Positions 29,201 to 40,880 of a stretch of DNA of 64,000 nucleotides are shown piece after piece. The position numbers were made by a program, and so were the translations under genes. The notes under the pieces are model-generated. The model was not told the DNA's origin, ran no database searches, and saw nothing but the letters and a program-made list of their open reading frames with translations. Source of the DNA: Hyphochytrium catenoides (Eukaryota; Protista; Hyphochytriomycota); contig FLMG01004215.1 of NCBI GenBank assembly GCA_900088475.1, forward strand, positions 110,561 through 174,560, in the 5' to 3' direction. The number at the start of each line of letters is the position of its first letter. The first letter of the stretch is position 1.

Positions 29201-31818
29201 TTACAGGTCAAGCTTTCTGAACTCAGGAAGACCGACGAACCAGTAACTACGCATACCATCCCACGGGCGTTAACAGTAGCAGGCTCGGATTCCGGGGGTG
29301 GCGCTGGAATACAGGCTGATCTTAAGTCCTTTCAGATGAACGGAGTCTTCGGGATGACAGTCCTAACAGCTCTTACGGCACAGAACACAGGTAAAGGACG
29401 TTATTTAGCGTCGATGTGAATAGCTTCAGTCTCAAAGGACCAATAGCCTCATTTCCCGCCCACGAATAGCCTCAATTTCTTTCACTCCTTGTAAGATTGT
29501 ATCGGATCAAACTCAATCGGTGTACAAGGTTCATCGTCATTCAAAAACCCCACTTTCCCTCTGTGTCCATATTGATTGACGATTCTTGTCTGTGATTGCG
29601 TCATCGCAGCCGGAGTGCAGGCCGTAGAACCGGTGCCAATTGAGTTTGTCCGAAAGCAGCTGCAATCGGTACTGGAAGACATAGGAAGTGACAGCTTGAA
29701 GACCGGAGTACTCTTCTCAGCAGAAATAGTCAAAGAGGTGGCCGCTGCTGTTCGGTCATATGGTATACGCAATGTCGTGGTGGATCCCGTCATGGTTTCC
29801 TCTAGCGGACACAAACTTATAAGTGACACAGCTATTGAGGTAAGCTAATACTTTCAAGGTGGGGGACATCTAGGGCTTGGGGCATAGATTTAGAAGTGCT
29901 CAAAGTTCTCTGATGAAGGGCAAGCGATATGTGTTGGGTTGGAGATACTAGGACGACGTCGAAGATGCAAACAGTAAGCTTTTAACCATTCCCCTTGGCA
30001 TCACGTCTCACTTCTAGGCACTGATAAGTGAGCTCTTTCCTCTCGCAACCGTGGTCACGCCCAATATCCCAGAGGCTTCAATGCTTTTGAAGAACAAGGA
30101 GATATCCTCTCTCGAACAGATGAAGGAGGCGGCTAAGGAGCTGCACAGCTTTGGACCTAAACTTGTGCTTTTGAAAGGTGGTCATCTGCTGAAGTTTCAG
30201 AACGAGCAGTTCTCCTTTCCGAAAGTGAGCCAAGAAGGAGAAACAAGGGTGGCGGAGCCCCAAGGAACGGCACAAGTAACTGATATTCTCTATGACGGTG
30301 CAAAGTTCTACGAGTTTTCCCGACCAGCGTTACTAACGAAGAACTCACACGGAACCGGTTGTACGTTGGCCGCAGCAATTGCAGCCCAACTAGCCCGTGG
30401 TCTACTCCCGTGTGAAGCAGTGGCAGAGGGAATCCGATACCTAGCCAGCGTTCTAGGTAACCGCTGGAAGATGGACTCTGTCTTAGCTTTCCATCTACAT
30501 TTCTTACCATATCAAGCTCCATATTGTCTGACCTTACTCCTCATAATGTTTTGTCCTACCTGCAACAGCTTCTAGCCATGGACTCAATCTCGGAGGTGGC
30601 GATAACAAACCTTTGAATCATGCCTTTCAGCTGACAGAGTGCAGTCCAATCCGCCGGGAAAGAAGGAGGAAAAGAGGCCTCGAACTGGACCCTGTACGCT
30701 GTGACCGATGAGGATATAATAAAAGCTCGTGGTTTGAGCCTTTTATCTGCAGTTTCGCAAGCGATTGATGGAGGCGCCTCTGTGAGTTTGTGGCAGACAG
30801 CCACACTTCTCTGCCATGTGCACCCAGTTACCTTCTTTAGCTGCCTAACGTTATCTCTTTGCCGACGGTCACAAGGGGTTGCAGTGATCTTTGCTCCCCA
30901 AACTGTCCTCCTGTCATTTTACAGCTCGTGGTGACGTAATCTGTCCTTACATGCCTTTCTAACACGTGAACCTGCTCGTCATGACTTCAATAAGATTATC
31001 CAGATAAGAGAGAAAAAGGCCAGCACAGGAGAGTTTGTCAGACAGGCCAGGGAGCTCCTAACAATTACCAGAGCCCAAGGTGTCCCTCTCATTGTCAATG
31101 ACAGAGTCGACGTCATGTTAGCCAGTGGTGCCGACGGCTTGCATATCGGGCAGGAGGACATGGATGCTGCGACTGCAAGGCAGTTGATTGGAACTCAAAG
31201 AATACTTGGAGTCACTGTTAGTGATCTTTGCTTGCTTGTTTAGGCTTTCTCTCCCTTTCTTTAAGCTCCCTTTTATCTGTTTGCGTTTAGATACAACCAG
31301 TTTCCCAGCAGTTGTCTGGATTTCTATCTCTAGGTTGATCCTTAAAAGCAATTGCTGCCGGTCAATGCCACTTATTATGACCATGTCTTCAGGTCGGCTC
31401 CGTATCTGAAGCTTTGAGAGCTCAGGCTGCCGGTGCTGACTACCTCGGTACAAGCGCGGTGTTTGCTACCCCTACCAAGACCTCGGGTACTGGCTCTGTC
31501 GCCATTGGATTGGCAGGATTGAAGGAGATTTGCCAGGCAGTCAGCATTCCCGTAGTCGCTATAGGTATGCACTCCTGCCATATTTGCACCTGAAGGAACG
31601 ACAATATTCTTCATATCGTCAACTGTAAAGACTACTCCTCGGTATACTTTCTTGATTCTGTGCTTCTGACAGCTGCGCTGCTGCCAGGGGGAATAAATGA
31701 GACCAACTGCTCAGAGGTTATGAGCCAAGGTTGCGCAGGCGTTGCGCTGGTCTCCGCAATTTTTGGCTGCCAAGACATCGCAAAAGCTTGTCAATCGGTC
31801 TTAAGTAAGCTTTCTTAG
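26235..31818 (+). CDS. Thiamine multi-enzyme fusion: TenA (thiaminase II family) - HAD thiamine-monophosphate phosphatase - ThiD HMP(-P) kinase - ThiE thiamine-phosphate synthase; 16 exons, about 1070 aa
   Basis: TenA: [38 protein letters not shown]: DYDDTCT, SVNWS, GDSLTD. ThiD: [42 protein letters not shown]. ThiE: [40 protein letters not shown]. One-nt frame offset near 30635-30690. Confidence 0.88.
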
Positions 31819-32191
31819 GCTTCAATTTCACACAATTGCCCTCAGAGTCTTGCACATTAGTCTGTCTATGACGCTACCGTTGTGCTATCATTAGTTGGTG
31901 ACTCTATCAGTGTCCCTATTAGCCTACTAACCAGATTACGTTCACTCTCAGCGAGTGGTGCGATCAAAGGCTATAAAAGGTCCTATAACCCTTTATACAA
32001 TGTATTATGAGTGGTCCTAAGCTTATTAGCCAGAATATGACGAGCGCGTACCAAAATAGATATAGTAACAGGGTAACGCCAGAGAATCGAGAACTTGTAG
32101 AAGTAGAAGAAAGGACGAAAAAGGCTACATATAGGAGGGAAGAGGAAGATGACAGGGGACAAGCGCGACTATGGGTACGAACAACTGCATT

Positions 32192-35133
32192 CTAAGGAAA
32201 TCTTTGCTGGATGATCGAGCTTCCGTGTTCCTCCCATTCGCTCTTGGAAGCCCAGAGCTGCTGAAAAGATCCTAATGACGCCAAGATAGAACCCCCTATC
32301 CACACACTGAATTTCCTTTCTATTGGGCCGCCAGTGATAATTCTGACTCGGTGCGACTGCGAGTTGAATGGACAGCAAAGCCAGAAGTTATAAAGCGCAC
32401 GTTAGCCTATAGGAATTGCAGAGAAGAGATACTCCAGGACCCAAAATGCCTATTGGGAAAGTAACTTGATGCGTTCTGAAAGGGCAGCCACTATAGAGAT
32501 ATCCATTGAGAAGAGTGGTACAGACCTGAGGTATTAACTCAGTCATCTCTTTATGAAGCCGTTCCTGTAGACTCGAAAATAGACTTCCACCTGGATGAAC
32601 AGAACGTAGGCTTAGCTGGTAGACAGGAGAGATAATAAGACGAAGACTAGGATTGTCGCACCTCCTGTCAGCAGGATCTGGTTGGCCATCTCTTTTCTCA
32701 GGTCTGGATCGCAGGCGTGTATACTGTCATATACCATCTGTTGCAGCGGCTTGTAGGAAGTTTCCTGTTAGGCAGACAGGTAGTAGGGTCAGGAAATATC
32801 TATCTTCTTCTACATAGAGGACATCTCCACAGCAGGAAGAAGACAAGAGAACAAAGCAGGAGGTGACGTAAGGGACCCAGAGAGTCAGAGAGGGATGTGG
32901 GTTGGCTTGGCTTCTAACATAACTCAGAGGAAGCGCCTTTCTTCACCTTGAGGGGCGACGGGTCAAAGAGAGCCTCGGGAACCTGATAACGTTCTAGACC
33001 AAGATCAACAGTGGTGCCATCCGGCAGCTCATAGGAAGTAGGTGGAACTTGAGATGCCAGCCTACACGATCAATTACAATTTCACGGCCCCAGACCCGGC
33101 GGATTCGCAAGCCGAAGATGGCAATAAGACCCGACGGTATTTCCCATAGAGAGAAGCCTGTTAGATTTAGATCAAGGATCAAATAGCGGTCAACAATAAA
33201 TGTGCTTACGTTGGGTCCAGGGTCCTCTCAGCCGTGAGCGACGCTACCTCTTTCATATCCCTAAGTACTTCCTGCTCAAGTTAAAATTGTTATGAGGGAC
33301 ATTTGCTGCGTCGACAGACTAATCAAAGAAGAGGTAATTGGCATGAGACCACCAGCAAGGAGATCGTGTGGGAGCATCAAGGGAATACAAAGGACAAGAC
33401 AAAGGAAGACATGAAGGCTAATTCTTCGCCTATCTTACCAGCTTCATGTACTTTGCGTAGCTGTCTCTTGTTTTTGGAAACTCTTTTCTGGTGACCTTCA
33501 CCTTCCCTTCTCTAGAGACCTCTTTGGCTACGGTGTACTGATAGAAAGGACCCAACGGTTGAGGAGGCGATCAGGTGGTAGGACAGAGAAGTGGGTCGAT
33601 GAGATCAGGGAAAGGTAACATCAATGCATTGGCAGGAACATCTGAGAGCAGCAAGTCGAAGCAAGAAAAAAATAAAATCGACGGCACTATGGACCCGTAG
33701 GCAATCTATAGGAGCCCAAGAGTGAGGCGAGGTCCAGCATTCACGAACCCGGGGTGGAACTATGATACTCTTTGGCTGTAAAAGTTGCTCCAAGTACGCA
33801 TCCAAGGCCTGACCTCCAAGATTGGACTTCTGCGTAGCTGTCAGTTTGCCCCATGCAGGAGAACGCGAGAAGAAACGAGTCATTAGCTATGTCGAAGGCC
33901 GATTGAGTTACGGCCACAGCACACACCGAGTTCACAAGCACTATATGAGAATAGGGAAGAGATAAAGATAAAGAGAACGAACACTAAACATCAAGACCAC
34001 AAAGGCAGACGTAGACGTATGCCGTTCAACAGGGCCCAGCCATCAGCTACCAGAGGATAGCACGCCAGCGGTTGCGAAACAAATAAGCAGCGCCACGAAG
34101 ATGAAAGAAATGGAGAACTAACAGTAAGCTTATCGTCAACGAAACCTCAAACTGCGACGGACTAACCCTTATTTAGCACATATCCATCGTTGACAGGCAC
34201 CACACTTGTCATGCCAGCACCGCACTCTGTCACGAGCGCAGTTGCTCTGCCCACTGAAAACGCGCTGAGAACAGGACCTTTGGCCAGAAAGAGAGCTGGG
34301 GTTCCAAATGTCTCGAAGAACATCTCGCAATACTTTCGTTGCGTCTCTAGTGTGCTGGCGTAGGACGGAACGGCAGCCAAGATCGGATGCTCCTTGGGAT
34401 TCACATGTAGCTGGGTATCGAAAGCATATCTCCAAAGTGACTCCATCACATCCCAATCAGTCACTGTCGTGCCATTTAGGACGCATTAGATGTTTGAGTA
34501 GGATCGGCAGGGTCACCCTGTTAGAGTGGTCCTTTCCCTCGCTCCATCTTCCTGCCTTTCTCTTTCTCTTTTCTCTTCTCTTCACTCTTCCCTCTATATG
34601 CTCTCTTGAAGGCTAACCCTCTTTGCAACAACCTTCAAGCTCTTCCCTGTCCTCCCCTTCCCTGGCTATTGCATGAAAATTCCCTACAAAAGACCCAGAG
34701 AAGTCAGTTGTCAAGCTTCCTTACCAAAGCCATGAGTCAGAGGTGACTTGAGCTCCATGTCATCCTTTCTATGAAAGATTGCAGAGGATCCCACGTGGTA
34801 CCGCTTGCCCTTGGCATTCTCCGGAGCATCGCTGACCCCCACAGCCTAGCATGAAGAGAAAAAACGAGAAGGGCACCGAACGATAGTATCAGGAGAAGAG
34901 CATGCCAATAGGAGGAGCAGGTGCTGGCTGTTAGACCAGACTGGCTTTCTACGCCTTGAGACTGACCGATTCCGTGACGCCTTTCGGCAGCTCTTCGCCA
35001 GCATAGCCAAATTTCGAGTATGCAGCCCCAACGTCCCCTACAATGGCAGAGACTTCGTCTGCAGAAGAAATAAATGTGGTTAGCATGGTGGACCCTCACC
35101 AGTGCATGCTGTTTCCTTACCGCCACAGTACAT
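32192..35133 (-). CDS. ARP4: Nuclear actin-related protein Arp4/ACTL6 (multi-exon)
   Basis: MYCG|[70 protein letters not shown]. Confidence 0.92.
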
Positions 35134-35741
35134 GGCTAAGAGGATGGCTCCCTTAGGCTGTAAGGCCAATGTGCGGACTCCTTCAGAGGCTAGCTTCTGG
35201 CAGACGACTGCTTCTGGAGAGAGCTTCCTTAGCCCAAATGGATCATTGGGGGCCCTGCTCTATTGACCTTCACACCGTGGAGACAAAGGTGTCTTACGCT
35301 GGGTTTGCTCTCTATGTGTCTTCCTAGCAAATAAGATTCATCTCCACAGCTCTGCCTGCAAGCTTCAAGAGATTTATTGGTTTGGTTTGCATGGGATGCT
35401 ACAGATGCGTCATCTTCGGAATCCTTACGATAAGGTTGAGAATCAGTCCCCTAATCAAGTAACGGATTTAGAATAGAATCCTCTCTGCGCTCCGCCCGAG
35501 ACACCAGACAGAGCTTGATGGAGGCTCCAATAGGGCTTCTGATGAGAACAGAAAGGCGATGGCGATGCCTCATGAAGACGCAGGACGAAGCTCTTTGTGC
35601 CAATTGGCAAGTAATGACTTGGTGAGGGTGAGCCGGAGCGAGTACCTTCGCCTCTAAGGGCACAGAGGGCAGGGTATTGATCTTGCCCAGTGGAAGAAGG
35701 AGCAGCCAAGTCTCATCACACTCTTCATCGTGGATTTAGCT

Positions 35742-36741
35742 ATGGCTATGAGTAGTGACGATGAGGACTGGAGGGAGCACCAGGAATATGCGGTGCAGAC
35801 CTTTCAGTTTGGAGGAATCAGGTAGGACTGTCGGAGCTTTGATAATGTCTATTTACTGGAGGGGAAGGAGGGACGATAAGCTCACAATGCTGCACTTCTA
35901 TGGCCTTTCAAGTCTCAAGGTCAATCAAGTAGAGGAGCTACCCCCAACGCAAGCTCTCTTCATGCTATCTGAGCTTCAGAAGTCTCAGTCAGAAATCTCT
36001 GGCAAATGTGTCTGGGCAGGTTCACAGATCTTGTGCCATGTGAGTCTCATTAGCTCGAGCCAAATGCCATGATTTTTTGAGAAGCTGAACACCTGTTGGG
36101 GGGTCTCCAGCACTTAGCCTCTCATCCAGAGGAAGTGTCAGGAAAGCGCGTTTTGGAGCTAGGAGCTGGAGGCGGGTTATGCAGCATGGTAGCCAAACAC
36201 CTTAACGCGGCTCAAGTGGTCTCTACGGACGGCGATGCTGAGGTTGTCGGTCTTCTCCAAGAGAATGTGGTCATGAATGACCTTTTGGACGTTATGGTCG
36301 AGTTCTTGCGCTGGGGCGATATCTCGTCAATGGAAAGCTTCACCGATAAGTATGGGGAAACTTCCTTTCCAGTGATTCTGGCTGGCGACGTACTCTACAA
36401 AGAAGTATTGCTGGATCCTTTCTTCGCCACCGTGGAGCTAGTTTTGGCAGAGTACGTCGCAAGCTAAAAGCAAAAGTTCAGGTTCATTTGCCAAGTTCTG
36501 AGACTAACGGGACCTCTCTCTTATCAGAAAGGAGTCCAACCTACTACTCTGTCATATTCCTAGAGCGGACGTAAGCCACGCTAAGGTACAAGCCGCAATT
36601 GAGAGCCACGGATTGCAGTGGTTGGAGGAGCAGATAGACCGGACAACGCTTTCTACGTCTTGCTCGACTGACGACGCTGAAGTGGCGAGAATTTACCGTA
36701 TTACCAGATCCGCCAGAGGAGTAAGCCTCACTAAGGTATAG
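35742..36741 (+). CDS. METTL21/Methyltransf_16-family protein lysine methyltransferase
   Basis: SGKCVWAGS, KRVLELGAGGGL, STDGD, LRWG, ILAGDVLY (DxxY). Confidence 0.88.
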
Positions 36742-36789
36742 CTTTGCTTCCTTTGCCTGCCCAGGCCGCTTGCTTAGCTTGAGGACCTC

Positions 36790-37835
36790 TCATGGAGCCT
36801 TCTCTATGCCGAGATCTTGTCTGAGAGTGTCAAGAGGCTGTTCAAAGAGTTGCTCAAAGTAAACATTCATCAGAAACCGGCTTCGAGGCGCCACTCTTGC
36901 CGCCCACGGAATGTACTTGGTAGTGAGGTCCCATCTCTCTTCTGATGAGAGCCTTAGCGGCCCAACGAATGCGCTCAGTGTACACATCGGCAGCTCCGTT
37001 TGTACCATCTCAAACCACTTAAGCGCCAGTTCCCCGACTACCGTTGGGGGTAAGCCTGTTAGCACATGCCAGTAGTCATGGCACTGTGATGCGGTCAGTG
37101 CAGTTAGACTATGTTAAGCCAGATATGTAAAAAGAAGGCAAACACACCTCTCTGTAACGCTGCATAACATAGGCCAGCTCCTCATCATCCACAAACTTGA
37201 CGATGCTTCGCTCGTCCGGGTCAAAGCTGAGCGGGGAGCCGGGAACATTAGGAACTCTTTATGCAGGTAGTTCTTCCTGTTAGACTTACCTATGGCTATA
37301 CATAAATGTAGCGTAGGCTTTGCCGAAGGACCCTTCAGGATACTCGCTCAGCTTCTTCAAGTCAAGCTGGCTTCGCCTCACCCTGGGCTTATCCATGAGA
37401 ATCCTCTTCCCTATTGGATCTTCATACATTCTTCGATGTATGTTTCGGAGAGCCTGTATACCTACGTAGATCACCTTGCGCCTAAGATTCCTTATTCCAT
37501 GCTAGGCCGGTAGGAAGCAGATGAAGGTGTTTTTTGGTACCTGTGACTTCACCAAGAGTAGCGACCATATCTGCTCGCTCAGGGTCCCACAATGCTGTGA
37601 CCGCCGATAAAGACATCAGGAATACCTTCTGAAGCTGGCTCGTGGGCACATGATCTGGATAGAGAACTCTTTTTACTCGCCTTTCCACCCCCAAGTACCT
37701 TGGCGCAGAGTAAGACCGCGCCCGAATCCACCCAGCAACTTCTTTCTTCCTCCATAGAGCTAACTCTAAAGGAGACCGGAAAGAGGCTCCTCTCCTAGTA
37801 AGATTCATTGACGCTCTGACGGCGACAGTGTTCAT
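36790..37835 (-). CDS. COQ4: Ubiquinone biosynthesis protein COQ4
   Basis: DPERADMVATLGEVTG, YVMQRYRE|CHDYWHVLTGLPPTVVGELALKWFE (HDxxH-x11-E motif). Confidence 0.95.
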
Positions 37836-38349
37836 GTCAATCAAATCACTCGGGAACAACCAAATGATCTATGACGATATATACGCAGACAGCTAGGTCT
37901 TGAGGCCTGCCCTTCGCCACGTCAAACAACTCTTTACTCAAGCTTTCCCCCGCTAATCCATCCTTAGTAAGATCGGGGGATGAGGAGCTGTCGAAGATCA
38001 TATTCGTGGAGCTTCCACTACCTCTACTAGTCACAAAAAAAAGCTCGGCCAAGTTTCTCCCTCATTGTGCATTGCAGATGTGATTACAGGCTGCTAACGG
38101 CAAACACAAGGAACGGGTGTTCTCTGTTCTCTGTCTTGCATCTTGGATTATCATCATCAAGCAGAGCCGAGTTCATGGGAGTTGATGCGGCGGCAACATC
38201 TATCAATCAGGCTCATAACTTCTACCAGTCTGTCATCGATGCAATATCCATAACTACTCTCCTTGCTTCATATTCTCTTGAGAGTAAGAAGTCTCTATCA
38301 ACCGGGGAGACTGAAAGGAAATCGCTATTAGAGTACAGTGGAAAAGTAA

Positions 38350-38429
38350 AGGATATTCCAGGACTTGAACCTGAATCTCATGAATGATCAACCAAGCGTG
38401 CTACCGCAAAGACATTGCACCAAATATCC
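38350..38429 (-). ncRNA. tRNA-like element or tRNA pseudogene with expanded D-loop and degenerate anticodon arm
   Basis: GGATATT TG GTGC-AATGTCTTTGCGGTA-GCAC G CTTGGTTGATCATTCATGAGAT TCAGG-TTCAAGT-CCTGG AATATCC T, followed by TTACTTTT; perfect 7-bp acceptor stem, 4-bp D stem, canonical T arm/B-box. Confidence 0.6.
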
Positions 38430-39620
38430 ATACTAGTCTGGAGTGACCAGGGACTATATACCGGATACAACTCACCGTCCTAACAGAGACAAGTTGGACG
38501 GTACTGATGCTGAGGGCTGATTGGAAAAGTAGGTTGACTGCTTTTCTTCTTGTAGCTTTCTTTGGGACCTCCTTTTCTCGGAGACGAACGGTGGACAGCT
38601 ACTACTTATTAGTGCTTTGAAACTCATTATAGTGACAGGGACACGTCTGAAGCTTGGCCCGCACACCTCTTTGACCAACATTGAATGTGCAGGGAAACCT
38701 CGAGGTGTAGCTCCCATCTCTTGAGCGCCTTGGGGACATCATCGATCACCGATCTTTCTCTAAGTCGTAGTAAAAGCTATTTGGCCTGATTAGGGAGACA
38801 GAAAGGGTGTTGGCCAACTTGATCAAGGTGTTTCATTGGATTAGTTGGTCTTTCAGCAGCAGGCAACACTCTTATGAAGGTCATCACATGATGGTCGCCT
38901 ACCTGCCAATAGCTTCTTGCTGTCAGGTTCAGAAATTTGAAAGCTGCAGAAACGGAGCGAGGAGGGAGTAGGACTATGTAGCCTGACTAGGGTGATACCC
39001 ACAACTGTGGTCAGCACCGCCAGCGTTACCATTAGCCAGCAGTCTCATTCCATCGCCCACAGCCCACAGACAACATAACGCCTCTTCTTCTCCGGTTATG
39101 GTTACTATCACGCCGCACAGTTACGATAATCAGCTTGGTACTTGCATGCTTCCTCCTACTAAATCTGTCATAGCATGGCAAGGAGCGAGCTCCCAATCAC
39201 ATCTTTCGGCTGACTAGAGCTACACAGGACAGGATCATACGATAGGCCACAGAGAAGGGATAAACCAGAAGAACCTCACTTTCCCAAAATCGTCATGCCC
39301 AAAGACGTCATTAGGAGTAGCCCAGTACTTGTTAGCCTATGAACGGAGCTCAGTAGCCCAACCCTTCCTTCTCAATGCCATCATACCCTTCACAGCCCCC
39401 CAGTCGCTTCCAGTATTAGTATTCTGCACTAGGTAGAAGCAGCAACAAACTTCTTTGTTGGTGTGGGACAATGACAGTTGTTCATAATAAACTAAACTTT
39501 TATTATCAAATCATTCGACCATTTGTAAAAAGTGGGCGGTGTGCGCCACAGTGATGGCGACACCTATAATGTTAGGAAGCTGTCACCTGGCTTCCCGTAA
39601 CCAATAAGAAGGGAAATCAC

Positions 39621-40880
39621 TTAGCTCTTGATGATGCAGCCAATAGGGTTGGAGCTGGTAAGAGCGCAAAGTCCCTGGTTAGGGGTAAGGTCAAAGTTGC
39701 CAAGAGGAGAGACGAGCTTGCCGCACTGAGGCTTAGCACCGCAGTAAAGGAAGCATGAGTTAGGGTCGTTCTCAATCTTCTTGAAACCATCAGGGCACTT
39801 CACGCAGACCTTTCTGTCAGCAGCAAGGGTTACAGAGAAGGCACATCCTGTGGTGTCAGAGACAATCTCAAGGGAACCAGCGCAATCCTTCTGGGCCTCA
39901 TCAGGGTTGCACTTAACGCCTGGTGCACCGGTAGTTGGTGCTGGGCCAGGTGCACCGGAGGTAGGTGCTGGGCCAGGTCCAGAGGTAGGAGCCTTGGTGG
40001 TAGGGCCAGTGCTTGGGCCAGCGGTAGGAGTTGGTCCAGGGGCAGGTCCGGAGGTTGGCTTAGGTCCAGGTCCAGCAGTTGGCTTAGCACCTTCACCGAG
40101 CTTGCATCCTGGAACACCAGTCTTGACGATGCCACAGTGGGAGCCAGCAGGGCAGTTTCCGTTAGGGAAGCCTCCTACACAGATTGGCACAGGAGCGCAG
40201 CCGGTCTGACCGCCCTCCACAGAGACTGGGAGCTCACCGGCAGCACAACCATTGTCTGGCTTGGGTACATCAGGCTTGGGGGAACCAGGAAGGGGCTTAG
40301 TGGTGCTTGGGACAGAGGAAGGTCCGGAAGATGGAGCCTTAGAAGGAGCGGAGGAAGGTCCGGAAGATGGAGCCTTAGAAGGAGCGGAGGAAGGTCCGGA
40401 AGATGGAGCCTTGGAAGGAGCGGAGGAAGGTCCGGAAGATGGAGCAGCGGAAGGAGCAGAAGAAGGACCAGAAGTAGGAGCTGGGGAAGGAGCGTTAGGA
40501 GTGCAGCCTGCAATGCACTTGCTAGCATCGCTAGGGTTCTCCCAGATGCACTTGGCCTGGTTGGGCTTCACAGCGATCTTCTGGCCAAGAAGAGCAACCT
40601 CACCGCAAAGAGGCTTGTCGCCACAGGTGAAGTATGGGAACTTGCTCAGGTCGATGGATCCAGAGGTAGGGCACTGGAGGCACACAACGCCAGGCTGGCC
40701 GAGCAGAGTAGCGGCCTTTCTTCCTGCAGGTCCATAGGAGCTGGTACAGTCACCTCCGCCAAGAGCAACTTCTACATTACCAGCGCAGTCGGTAAGCTGG
40801 GTGCAGCCGTCTTCAGGGCCAGCTTCAGCAGCAGCGATTACTGCTGCAAGAGCGAAAAGGATGAACTTGATGGAAGCCAT
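39621..40880 (-). CDS. Secreted modular Cys-rich / Pro-Ser-Thr-rich (mucin-like) surface or wall protein, intronless
   Basis: Signal peptide MASIKFILFALAAVIAAAEA; two homologous 10-Cys domains flanking a smaller Cys domain; SSGPSSAPSKAP and GP(T/A)PT linkers; strong codon bias. The ORF track's start at 41081 is a non-ATG extension. Confidence 0.85.
   Translation of the reverse strand: MASIKFILFALAAVIAAAEAGPEDGCTQLTDCAGNVEVALGGGDCTSSYGPAGRKAATLLGQPGVVCLQCPTSGSIDLSKFPYFTCGDKPLCGEVALLGQKIAVKPNQAKCIWENPSDASKCIAGCTPNAPSPAPTSGPSSAPSAAPSSGPSSAPSKAPSSGPSSAPSKAPSSGPSSAPSKAPSSGPSSVPSTTKPLPGSPKPDVPKPDNGCAAGELPVSVEGGQTGCAPVPICVGGFPNGNCPAGSHCGIVKTGVPGCKLGEGAKPTAGPGPKPTSGPAPGPTPTAGPSTGPTTKAPTSGPGPAPTSGAPGPAPTTGAPGVKCNPDEAQKDCAGSLEIVSDTTGCAFSVTLAADRKVCVKCPDGFKKIENDPNSCFLYCGAKPQCGKLVSPLGNFDLTPNQGLCALTSSNPIGCIIKS
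40315..40465 (-). repeat. Coding 36-nt tandem repeat (about 4 copies, SSGPSSAPSKAP)
   Basis: GAGGAAGGTCCGGAAGATGGAGC repeated at a 36-nt period. Confidence 0.9.

Noticed and set aside
25700-32190. TPP riboswitch in the UTRs or introns of the thiamine gene
   Set aside because: No CTGAGA...ACCTGA...TAAT...CGNAGG aptamer pattern found by eye; an Infernal RF00059 search would be decisive
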